Shown in pieces: positions 48,325-57,442 of a DNA stretch of 64,000 nucleotides. The translations under genes were made by a program, and so were the position numbers. Position 1 is the first letter of the stretch. Each line of letters begins with the position of its first letter. The notes under the pieces are model-generated. The model was given only the letters and a program-made list of their open reading frames with translations, did not search any database and was not told the DNA's origin. The DNA is taken from positions 1 through 64,000 of the IMG/VR virus record IMGVR_UViG_3300025264_000007; one strand, written 5' to 3'. Source of the stretch: a virus.

Positions 48325-50150
48325 GTAATTTCTTCGGGCTCGTCGAAATAGTTGTCGAGAATTGAAAACATTCCCTCTAGCTCTGATGCCATCACCGTAT
48401 CTTGCTCCAGAAGCATATTAGACAACACTACCAGATGCTCGCGCTTGGCCGCCAGCAGAATCTCTGCCTCGCGCAGCGCATCGGCGATGATCTCCCTCAC
48501 CGAGCGATCAAACTGATCTTTAGTTAGTTCCGAAGAGTCGCTGGAGCGGGGAGCATAGCCTTCGGTCTTTCCAAAATAAACGGGGCCAAGAGCCCCCATC
48601 CCATAATCTTTGACCATTTTTTCTGCCACTTGTTTGGCACGCATCAAATCATTGGAAACGCCTGTGCTGGTGCCTTCCTCTCCATAAAACATTTTTTCTG
48701 CCACATAGCCACCCAGCAAAACCTTAATGGAGGCTATATTTTCTTTCTTGTTCCATGAATATTTATCATCTTCAGGCAATTGCATAGTGAGACCGAGCGC
48801 CTGACCGTGAGGAATGATCGTGACCTTATGCAAAGGATCCGCATCTGCTAGGTAATACGCCAAGAGAGCGTGGCCTGCCTCGTGAATCGCCGTCGCACGG
48901 CGCGCTCGATCGGTCATCTTCATAGACTTGCGCGGCTTCCCTATTATTAGTTTATCGCGCGCCTGCTCAAGGTGGCCTCGATCGACAGACGCGCTCCCCT
49001 CCATCGTAGCGCGGATCGCTGCTTCGTTCACCAGATTAGAAAGATCTGCTCCCGAAAAACCAGTGGTCATCCTCGCTATCTCATTTAAATCTACGGCAGT
49101 ATCAAGGGGCACTCCCTTACAGTGTATATCTAAAATTTGCTTACGCCCATGAGCGTCAGGGAGAGGTATATGCACCTTTCGGTCAAAACGACCGGGGCGC
49201 AACAGAGCCTTATCCAGAACCTCTGCGCGGTTAGTCGCCGCCAATACAATAATGCCACTATGCTCCGAAAACCCGTCCATTTCTACCAGTAGCTGATTCA
49301 ATGTCTGCTCGCGCTCGTCATGACCACCGCCGGAACCGGAGCCTCTTTTTCTTCCCACAGCGTCTATTTCGTCAATAAAAATAATACATGGAGCAAGACT
49401 TTTGGCTTGATCAAACAGGGCGCGAACTCGGGCTGCACCAACTCCCACAAACATTTCCACAAAATCGGATCCTGAAATAAGCAAGAAAGGGACGTTGGCT
49501 TCGCCAGCCACCGCCTTAGCCAGAAGGGTCTTGCCGGTTCCCGGCGCGCCCACCAACAAAGCTCCCTTTGGGAGTTTGCTGCCCATGCGGGTAAAGCGAG
49601 AGGGGTGCTTTAAAAAATACACCACCTCCTCAAGTTCTGCTTTGGCCTCCTCGCATCCGGCAACGTCAACAAAGCGAGTATGGTTAGCTTCAGGTAGAGA
49701 AAGACGCGCCTTGGTTTTAGCAAATCCGTCAACCTTCCCCGCGGAGGCAGATAAATTTTTGATCAAAAGATACAAAAAATAAAACAGGATCAGGAACGGC
49801 AACCACGACAGCAGGAGGGTCACCCACAGTGAGGGCGCTTCCGCCTCTAAAAATCTTACCTCTAAGTTCTTTTTGGTCGCCAGCTTATTAACGAAATCAT
49901 CGGTAAGGGGCGCGGTAGTCACATATACCCGCTCCCCCAATTCCAGCCGCCAGTTATTTCCCTGCACCACAAAGCGACCGGGATTGTGCTCGTTGACATT
50001 ATCAAGGAGCGAGAGAATTCTAGTATAACTCACCTCCTCTACAGACGGCTGGTGCCTTTTATCTGCCCAGGAGGCTAATGCTGAAATTAATAAAAAAGCG
50101 CCCAACCACATCGCTAGAACTCGTAGTTTTCGACTATAAAATATTCCCAT
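48321..50150 (-). CDS. ftsH: ATP-dependent zinc metalloprotease FtsH
   Basis: Two TM helices, [44 protein letters not shown]. Confidence 0.96.
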   Translation of the reverse strand: MGIFYSRKLRVLAMWLGAFLLISALASWADKRHQPSVEEVSYTRILSLLDNVNEHNPGRFVVQGNNWRLELGERVYVTTAPLTDDFVNKLATKKNLEVRFLEAEAPSLWVTLLLSWLPFLILFYFLYLLIKNLSASAGKVDGFAKTKARLSLPEANHTRFVDVAGCEEAKAELEEVVYFLKHPSRFTRMGSKLPKGALLVGAPGTGKTLLAKAVAGEANVPFLLISGSDFVEMFVGVGAARVRALFDQAKSLAPCIIFIDEIDAVGRKRGSGSGGGHDEREQTLNQLLVEMDGFSEHSGIIVLAATNRAEVLDKALLRPGRFDRKVHIPLPDAHGRKQILDIHCKGVPLDTAVDLNEIARMTTGFSGADLSNLVNEAAIRATMEGSASVDRGHLEQARDKLIIGKPRKSMKMTDRARRATAIHEAGHALLAYYLADADPLHKVTIIPHGQALGLTMQLPEDDKYSWNKKENIASIKVLLGGYVAEKMFYGEEGTSTGVSNDLMRAKQVAEKMVKDYGMGALGPVYFGKTEGYAPRSSDSSELTKDQFDRSVREIIADALREAEILLAAKREHLVVLSNMLLEQDTVMASELEGMFSILDNYFDEPEEIT

Positions 50151-50218
50151 CTATTGTGGTTCCCTCGCGCTCCTTTGTATAACTAGTTTTTGCGCAGGGA
50201 TTTTTATGGTGCGGAAGG

Positions 50219-50398
50219 TTACTCTAATAGTTCAAGAGTGTTGAGGATCTTCATTTCTGATTCCGCGGTAGTCTCTGTTTCTTCCCAGTGGATAGTCCAC
50301 CATTTGTCGTGGCGGCGAGTAAATGGTCCTAACAGCATTCCTACGAAACCGGTCGAAGGATCCTGCACCAAGGTACCTGATCTTAATTGTGTGCTCAT
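50219..50398 (-). CDS. Small SH3-like protein (LRSGTLV)
   Basis: SD AGGAGG before ATG 50398; VGMLL, WTIHW, LELLE. Confidence 0.6.
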   Translation of the reverse strand: MSTQLRSGTLVQDPSTGFVGMLLGPFTRRHDKWWTIHWEETETTAESEMKILNTLELLE

Positions 50399-50441
50399 CG
50401 AGCCTCCTAACTTCCCACTACTATGGGTGCTTGTTGTCTGG

Positions 50442-50912
50442 TCATTTTTTACACATTTGGTTGTTGCACAACCCTGATAAAAAATTGAATTGTTTCTTCT
50501 GGAGGTTGCAGGTAAAGAAGGGATCTTTTTCTGCAAACTCATCCAAATATTTGTTGGCAATAATTGTTTGGAATACCGTGATGCCGTGATCTTTGATCTT
50601 GTTGACATAATAAGGGTTGTCATCGTAAAAGATTTCTATGTTATGTTCTTTTAGGATTTTTAATTTATGTTCCGCCATTTTCTGGAAGTGATCCAAATCC
50701 ATATTTTTTTTCTCATACTCAAATCCGCACAAGATATCTTCGTAGGTATCTGGACCAAATCCTAAATCGGCTAAACCTTTTTCTACTTCGTGTCGTTGAG
50801 AAGGGGGAGTTCCCGTTACAATATAAACCTTCCCCTGCCAACCGTTAATGAGTCTTTTAAAAAACTCAGGTGCATACGAAAGGGTATCGTGGAAATCAAT
50901 GCCGATATTCAT
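50442..50912 (-). CDS. HAD-superfamily phosphatase-like protein
   Basis: IGIDFHDTL, IVTG, K, IFYDD. Confidence 0.75.
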   Translation of the reverse strand: MNIGIDFHDTLSYAPEFFKRLINGWQGKVYIVTGTPPSQRHEVEKGLADLGFGPDTYEDILCGFEYEKKNMDLDHFQKMAEHKLKILKEHNIEIFYDDNPYYVNKIKDHGITVFQTIIANKYLDEFAEKDPFFTCNLQKKQFNFLSGLCNNQMCKK

Positions 50913-52883
50913 TAGCTCAAAATATCCATAGTATTATATATGTTTGTGTAAGTTTCCTGGGAAATATTATCTATCGCAAAGGGGCGTGGTTCGCCGATCC
51001 ACTGAAGCTGGAACCAGAGGACGCCGTCGGAACGATCCCAGTCAGGGGGGGATTTGATAATAAGGGCTGTTTGCTTTGTCTTGCGACACTGCACGAGTCT
51101 CCCCACTTCAAGCGTACGGGGGACAACCTCAAACATTCCGTAGTGCCTACTCATCTTCTTTCCTAACGATGTTGAAACAATTATTAACGTTTACTAAAAG
51201 TGTTTGTTCTTTCTCTCCGGAGGTGAGCCACTGAAGATCTACATAGCGGTTGGCCCAGCTTGTGCCGGTACCTTTCTTCTCCTCGTAAGACTTGGTGAGG
51301 ACAAGAGCGAGGCGGTCAGAACGTCGGCAACGCAGAAGAGTGCCGGGCATCTGAACTTTGTTCGCATGGTAGAGACTGTAGTCACTCTGATTCACTCAGC
51401 ACCTCCCAATTCATAGGCATATAAATACATCGGCGACCGTTCGGAAATAGCACATCCCATAAAATATTTTTACCGGTCACTACTTGCTTGTTAGCAAGGA
51501 TAGCATATTCTCCACACTCTTTAACGGTGGAGTTCTCACGGCACTGTTTCTTGATACGGAGAAGGGTGCCTGGTTTGAGTCTGTCAGGGTAATTCACTGG
51601 CTACCTTCTCCAACAGATCCGGGCGGTATCGCTTGGGATGGTTGCCGTTGTTAAAAAGAACGCTGACATAATGATATTGTCCGTCAGGAGTATGAGTGAC
51701 AAAGTTGGAGCGCGTGATAAGACCCATCTGTCCGCCGGGGACAGCAATGCGAACCAAATCACCCACCTTGAACTGGGGTTTTGTGTCGAAGTCTGGATTC
51801 ATTTTACTTTCGCCAGATATTCTATGGGGTATTGGGTTGACTGGTGCGCTCCAAAGAGAACGTCAACAAACTGAGTCTCGCCTCCGAGATATTCATCAAG
51901 AGCCCAATAGTTTGAGCGAGTGACGACGCCGAGAGCCTTTGTGGCGTTGGCACTGACCAATTCGCCAATCTTATAGCTCACATATTCGGGATTCATTACC
52001 ACATCCTTTTCGTCAGTTTTTCTTCTTGAATAAAGAAGGTTGAGCTATCGGGCTTGAGTACACACCACATGGGATAGACCGGACCATTAATCTTTTCAAC
52101 CAGAACCAAGGGCGTCTTGTTGTCAGCCAGGTCAATGAACCACAAGGTTGACAAGTGGTCAATCGCCGTCTTTCTAATTCTTACTAGGTCGCCGCACTTC
52201 ATGATACTACCTCAAAATGGCTGGCGTTTCGCCAATGCTCTGCGTGAAACCGTGGTTCGTGCGTGGTATCCATGAGAGTTACTCTGATGATTAGGTCTGC
52301 GGGGTCGGGTCCTATCTCCGTTACCAGTCCCAAAGCACCCCCAGGCTGATTGGTAACTCGATTGGGCTTGCGTCTTACGAGGTTGCCGACTTTCATGAGA
52401 GCACCTCCGCTTGATCAGGGAAAACCATAACGGCACCCATGTCTAGGAAATTCATATTCTGCAAAGACTCGAACCGCACAAGAGACGGGTAAACCTTTAC
52501 TCGCTCCGGTAGCTTGTCTTGATCTAGCTTGTGAGAGAGGTCATACTTTTCTTGGATAACCAAGCCAATCTCCCCCTCTAGTTTAGCACGGATGACGGGA
52601 GCGAACTGAGCCAGACCAGATTTGTTTATTTTGATAATCTGTCCGACTTTCATGAAATCTGCTCCATGTTGCAGACATAATCTACGAAAGATTGCCCGCC
52701 ATCAATCGGCTCGCATTGATAGAAGAGGTGTTCATCGGCATCTTCATAGTCTCGGTCAAACTTACATGACGGCGACAAGCCGATAACCAAAGCAATCACA
52801 TTGACCTCGGTTGCTGCGTTGCTGTTGACCAGCATACCCGGCTGGATGCGACAGCGTTTTTGAATCTCTTTTGCTACGCTCAT
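50912..52883 (-). CDS. Array of nine small SH3/KOW-like paralogs (50912-51154, 51147-51395, 51382-51597, 51584-51802, 51799-52002, 51996-52202, 52199-52396, 52393-52653, 52650-52883)
   Basis: All carry x-[KEQM]-x-G-x-L/I-V/L/I near the N-terminus, G/A-L-V/I strand, V-x-W/F, mostly ending E-V/I-S-like; all overlap their neighbours. Confidence 0.75.
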
Positions 52884-52892
52884 CTGTGCCTC

Positions 52893-53048
52893 TTAATACA
52901 TGAAGGTGTTTTCAACGAGGTGTTCAACAACCACGTCGTGAATTTCCATAGCATTTTGGGGATGCTCGTTGATGGCGTCGTACCAAGCGTCAAGTGCTCC
53001 TTGACCAACGGCTCCTAGAATCTTTTCAATGTGTTCTTGAACTGGCAT
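52893..53048 (-). CDS. Hypothetical 51-aa protein (not in ORF track)
   Basis: SD AAGGAG directly after promoter; MPVQEHIEKILGAVGQGALDAWY... Confidence 0.6.
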   Translation of the reverse strand: MPVQEHIEKILGAVGQGALDAWYDAINEHPQNAMEIHDVVVEHLVENTFMY

Positions 53049-53067
53049 GTCTCTCTCCTTGTATCTT

Positions 53068-53095
53068 ATATTAGCACGGATAAGGTGCCTGTCAA
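53068..53095 (-). promoter_or_regulatory. Early-type promoter (ATCCRTG class)
   Basis: TTGACA-GGCACCTTATCCGTGC-TAATAT. Confidence 0.8.
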
Positions 53096-54842
53096 GTTTT
53101 ATTCTTGGGTCCCTTAGAAATAAGTTCTAGGTGGTCGCACCTTACCCAATAGTCTCCGTCGGGTGTTCGCACTTTGAACTTATTGTCGGCAGTGAAAACA
53201 TAACGCTGCTTAATAACAATACCTGTCAACATCGTCTCATCAATATATTCTTCTGTTACTCGCCTAGCCTCAAAGTTTACAAGGTCGCCGAGTTGGTATC
53301 TAAACGGATTGCTCATCGTTCACTAATTTCAAATGCTGGACGGAATAATATTCTTCCAGTTCATATCCGAGCCAGTTAACCTTTACACAGACCGTAGTGC
53401 GGTCGTCTGGTGTTTCTGGATAGGAAAGCACCAGCCCAAGTTGGCGATTGTTGCCTTTGGCTACTGATTCCCGAAAACTCCAATCGGGCTCTACTAAGTC
53501 ACCGGGTTTCACTTATCACCTCTAGGCTTCCTTCTCTAAAGACTTGACCGCCGCTGAACCCTTCTAAACGAACAAACCCCTCAGCCACTGAAAGAACCAA
53601 ATATGTTCGGTCGCCAAGGCTGGCTCCATATCGTCCCTTGATCGAGACCAAATCACCCGGCTTCATTTATGACCTCCAAATACTTATTCCGAAACCAGTG
53701 AGTTTGTTTGCCCAGTGATGTTTTTTCGGTCAGAAGTAGTTGAGTGTAGTCTTCTTCTTCTGAAGATTCAAGAGCAATAATGATCCCGTAGAATATTTGG
53801 TAAGAGTAGCCCTCAGCCGTCTTAACCAAGTCACCGAGTTTCACGCCACAACTCCAATTCGCCGTAGTGCCAAGTTCTTTCTTTGCCTTCCAGCAAAGTC
53901 AAAACTGTTTCGCTTCGGTGGGAACCACCTTCAATAACTTTGATGACCAGCATCTTTTTGCCGGCCACTTCTCGGTCGGAAAAAATGTTTGGGGCTTGTC
54001 TTACCAAATCACCCGGCTTCATTTAGCACCTTCAATTCACACAAGCGTTGCTTACAGGGGGAGTTGTCGGACATAAAGTTCCAGAGAACGTCGCACCACA
54101 TATAGCCCGCTGGGTTTTTGGGTGGGAGATAAACTTTTACAACAATACCTGAGACTGACTTGTCCATTTCGTGCTCAAACGTTACGAGATCACCGACTTT
54201 CATTGACTAGCTCCAAATAATCGTGGTCTTTGGGATAGGGTCCATTGCCTTCTCCGTCAGTCCACGCAATATCAACTTTTTCTTCTGCGCCTTCACAAGC
54301 CTTCCACACACCGACAACCACGCCATAGACTGGTTCTTTCGTGGGGTGTGACCATTTTACTAAATCACCGCGTTTCACTGATTACCTTTTCTATACGATA
54401 GGAGCTACAATTGCCGGGAGATCCGTCCTCGCAGTAAACCATACGAATGTGGGGCGGGATGCCCTCGCCGTGAAGCTCAACTTTAGAAATGAGGGCGAGG
54501 TGACCCGACTTCATCTCAACAAGGTCGCCAACTTTTAGTTCGTATCGCCAACCGGCGTCGTCTCTAATCATTTGTTTCTACAATCTCAAAGTTAGGGTCG
54601 CTGTGAAGGCTCACCCAGCGGGCATCCCTTACCTGACCCAAAGCCTCAAGCAGGAGGAAGGGGCCAGGAGCAGGCGTCTTAAACGATACCTTGTCAGTCT
54701 CCCCGCTCACCTTCCACATGTCACCCTTTTCGTGAATGCGGTTTTTGCCGTGACGGGTGATGCCAGAGAGCTTAACTGTCTTGCCTACGTTAGGTCCAGG
54801 CGGTAGCTGTGTCCAGTGCTTTTTCACGACTCTCTCCCTCAC
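53092..54842 (-). CDS. Array of nine small SH3/KOW-like paralogs (53092-53316, 53300-53512, 53499-53666 [not in track], 53653-53844, 53831-54022, 54009-54203, 54190-54378, 54365-54571, 54564-54842)
   Basis: Six consecutive ORFs start MKxGDLV; 14-nt overlaps. Confidence 0.8.
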
Positions 54843-54846
54843 TAGT

Positions 54847-54874
54847 ATACTACCACCCTATTGGGATAAGTCAA
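54847..54874 (-). promoter_or_regulatory. Sigma70-type promoter, 16-nt spacer
   Basis: TTGACT-16-TAGTAT with TG. Confidence 0.65.
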
Positions 54875-54884
54875 GTTATTTATT

Positions 54885-55127
54885 TTATTGTGCCAGCAAT
54901 ATTTCAGCGTAATTTACACATAGACAGACAGTCTTGATTCCCTCGGGACGACACAGAAGTGGTCCTCGTCCAGATTTAGTGAAGGGGTTTCCAGAATAGG
55001 CAACCACGCTATAAAAGTATCCTTCGGGCCAAATAGGTTCAGGCCCACTACACACATACCCCAGCGTGGGCTTACCCTTCAGACGAATTTCAACCACTTC
55101 ACCAATCTCAAATTCGTTTTCAACCAT
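54885..55127 (-). CDS. Small SH3-like protein (FEIGEVV)
   Basis: SD GGAGG, motif, LGYV, YSV. Confidence 0.65.
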   Translation of the reverse strand: MVENEFEIGEVVEIRLKGKPTLGYVCSGPEPIWPEGYFYSVVAYSGNPFTKSGRGPLLCRPEGIKTVCLCVNYAEILLAQ

Positions 55128-55151
55128 AATGAAAACCTCCCTTACAGCAGT

Positions 55152-55179
55152 ATATTAGCACACTTCTAGGAGAGGTCAA
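55152..55179 (-). promoter_or_regulatory. Sigma70-type promoter, 16-nt spacer
   Basis: TTGACC-16-TAATAT with TG. Confidence 0.7.
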
Positions 55180-55180
55180 G

Positions 55181-55420
55181 TTATATTTCGATTCTGAGAA
55201 AAGTCAAAAATCTGGAAAGTAGGGAGCGATTATTTTTCGGAGCCATCTCGTTTTTGGTAATTTCATCCGCACAGGTAAAAAAGCGTTGCTCTCGGTATTG
55301 CTGGAGCAGGCGCTCGTCGCTTAATACCCACTTGCGGAGTCTGAACCATTCCACCAAGTCACTGGGAGTATAAACGGGCTGGTTCTCTAAGATAGCCAGA
55401 CGGTATAATGCAGTAGCCAC
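55181..55420 (-). CDS. Hypothetical protein
   Basis: GTG 55420 after GAGGAG; the track ATG abuts the -10 box. Confidence 0.5.
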   Translation of the reverse strand: MATALYRLAILENQPVYTPSDLVEWFRLRKWVLSDERLLQQYREQRFFTCADEITKNEMAPKNNRSLLSRFLTFLRIEI

Positions 55421-55438
55421 GGAGTTCTCCTCTACCAT

Positions 55439-55466
55439 AGTATACCATTCCTTCGGCAGAGGTCAA
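55439..55466 (-). promoter_or_regulatory. Sigma70-type promoter, 16-nt spacer
   Basis: TTGACC-16-TATACT with TG. Confidence 0.7.
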
Positions 55467-55474
55467 CAAAAAAA

Positions 55475-56119
55475 CTAATCGTTTAGTTCAGATATGAAAG
55501 CCTCTCGCCAATTTGTGTAGGACCCATTTGGATACCTTTCTTTACAAACTCTACTGTATTCATACGTCATATCCCAGCCGTCTAAGATGGCCATGTGTGG
55601 GAGAGAGATAGAACCGTTACTTGGGCACACATCAATTAGTTGCGCCCCCATTGTAATGCTGAAATTGGGATCAATGACCATCTTGGCGGGATCGGCTTCC
55701 ACCAGTTCCGCATAGGCCAAACATTCTTCTGGAGATATGTCTGGGCTGCCTGTCGCATCTTGAGCTACTGCTATCAGGTAATCCCACTGTGCGTTGTCGC
55801 CGCCAGAGATGGCGTGGTCGAAGGTGATGCCTCGGAGGTAAGCCTTGCAGGCAGGGCACCAGACTGTGCTGATGGCGAAGACCTGTAATTTATTTTTGCC
55901 GCAGCCGTCGTGCAGTTGAACTTCCTCACCAAGGCAATTAATAAATGTAGCGTTGCGTAGTTGGTCGCCGATTCCGTTGCCGGTTCCCCGCTCTTCGCAT
56001 CCGTGGTCAGGCTCGGAGGGTCCAGCGTCTGCCGGTCCTGCATCTAGCGTGCCCTCAAGCGGGGCTTCTCCGCACGCAAGTATCCCTAGAAGAACCCCTA
56101 CATAAAACTTCCCTTTCAT
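55475..56119 (-). CDS. Thioredoxin-like (TlpA/redoxin) lipoprotein
   Basis: Lipobox ILAC, DAGPADAGP linker, GDQL.N.TF, WCPAC, SLP. Confidence 0.75.
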   Translation of the reverse strand: MKGKFYVGVLLGILACGEAPLEGTLDAGPADAGPSEPDHGCEERGTGNGIGDQLRNATFINCLGEEVQLHDGCGKNKLQVFAISTVWCPACKAYLRGITFDHAISGGDNAQWDYLIAVAQDATGSPDISPEECLAYAELVEADPAKMVIDPNFSITMGAQLIDVCPSNGSISLPHMAILDGWDMTYEYSRVCKERYPNGSYTNWREAFISELND

Positions 56120-56158
56120 ATAGTAAGTATGTTGGGATATCCGTAAGTTGACGTATTT

Positions 56159-56716
56159 TTATTTATCGCCCGTTGAACCGAGAGCGCCGTCACCCCGGCT
56201 TGTTTCCTCGTCGTAAATATTTTCTGCCTCCACCAACTCAAGGTCGGTGGTGATTTTGACGAAGACCGCTTGGGCAATTTTATCACCCGCATGAAGCGTC
56301 TGGGTACGGTCGCTTGGGTTGTGAAGGTTCACAAAGATTTCTCCTGTGTATCCTCGGTCAACCACGCAGGCTCCCACGAGGAGGCCACGCTTGGAGGCGA
56401 TCCCAGACTTGTTCTTGATCTCCATCATATATCCTTCGGGCACCTCAATCTTAAGACCTGTTGGCAGAGTAGATGCCCCGTGAGGAAGGATGCTCTCAAT
56501 CTGTTTAGGTATCATATCATTCGGAGGGGGGCAGAAAAATAAATCCATGCCGGCATCTGTGGGGTGTGCCCGTTGAGGCATTTTAGATTGGGCATGGAGT
56601 AATTGAACTCGGAGGGGCATCATATCACTTTCATAGTCTGGGCAAGCTGGCTTGAGGTTACAACCGCAATTATAACATAATAGATCGTCTTTAATTAAGT
56701 TTTTTCCATCAATCAT
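56159..56716 (-). CDS. dut: Trimeric dUTPase
   Basis: AGMDL, PTGL, KSG, VVDRGYTGE, DKIAQ, RGDGALGSTG. Confidence 0.94.
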   Translation of the reverse strand: MIDGKNLIKDDLLCYNCGCNLKPACPDYESDMMPLRVQLLHAQSKMPQRAHPTDAGMDLFFCPPPNDMIPKQIESILPHGASTLPTGLKIEVPEGYMMEIKNKSGIASKRGLLVGACVVDRGYTGEIFVNLHNPSDRTQTLHAGDKIAQAVFVKITTDLELVEAENIYDEETSRGDGALGSTGDK

Positions 56717-56910
56717 CGGGGAGTCAATCCTCTCTTGTGTATTTTAATTATCTTCGTACGAAATTTCACGGTACAAATATCTCCTTCAATATCCATTATT
56801 ATTCCTTCCCAGTCAAACAGGGATAAAAGTTCCCATACATTGCAATGGACGCTTTGCCCAATACAAAACTCTTTGATTGGATTCACATTAGTCGTGAAAC
56901 GCCATGTCAA
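56713..56910 (-). CDS. Small SH3-like protein (FCIGQSV)
   Basis: Motif + EGIIMDI + TVKF. Confidence 0.55.
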   Translation of the reverse strand: MTWRFTTNVNPIKEFCIGQSVHCNVWELLSLFDWEGIIMDIEGDICTVKFRTKIIKIHKRGLTPR

Positions 56911-57442
56911 TGCCGTCGTCTACCTCATCGCCATGAACATCCCAGCCCTTAGTGGTCTGGCGAGCAAATAGTTCCAGCTTTGCCTGGTCCGGAAACATTT
57001 CTTCAATTCTCTTTCTTACTTCCCCTGGCTTGGTGCTGTGTTTTTGGCGCATCTTCGATACCAGTTGTCGGATGTTCCGTGCCCCACGCGGTTGCGGGAT
57101 CTTACCTCGCTTACCGATAAGGCACAGTTCGCACTGACTCATAGTATAAAAACCGGGATTCACTTTTTGTTTATCCCAAACAAAACCGACGGTCGCCCAG
57201 CTAAACCCCCACGCCTTCATGAGTTCAATGGCCTGGTCGAGGTGAGGATTGGTTGTCCACAAAAAAAGGAGACAATCCTCGTCGCAATGACGTGTGATAT
57301 CGAGGCGTTTTAAATCCTTAAGTTTGAGGCACTCATAATGACGCAGCGCGCCCCCGCTGTCGGGGCCGCCTTTACCCGTGTGCTGCAACTGCCCTTTGTA
57401 ATCCCACGGGGGATCTGCGTAGATAATCTGATATTTTTTCAA
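56888..57442 (-). CDS. MT-A70 family adenine methyltransferase
   Basis: IIYADPPW, LFLWTT, WGF, FVWDK, HSTKP, LELFAR. Confidence 0.92.
   Translation of the reverse strand: MKKYQIIYADPPWDYKGQLQHTGKGGPDSGGALRHYECLKLKDLKRLDITRHCDEDCLLFLWTTNPHLDQAIELMKAWGFSWATVGFVWDKQKVNPGFYTMSQCELCLIGKRGKIPQPRGARNIRQLVSKMRQKHSTKPGEVRKRIEEMFPDQAKLELFARQTTKGWDVHGDEVDDGIDMAFHD

Noticed and set aside
50912-55127. Integron or diversity-generating retroelement explanation for the small-gene array
   Set aside because: Genes overlap leaving no room for attC sites, and no integrase, reverse transcriptase or template/variable repeat pair is visible in the window
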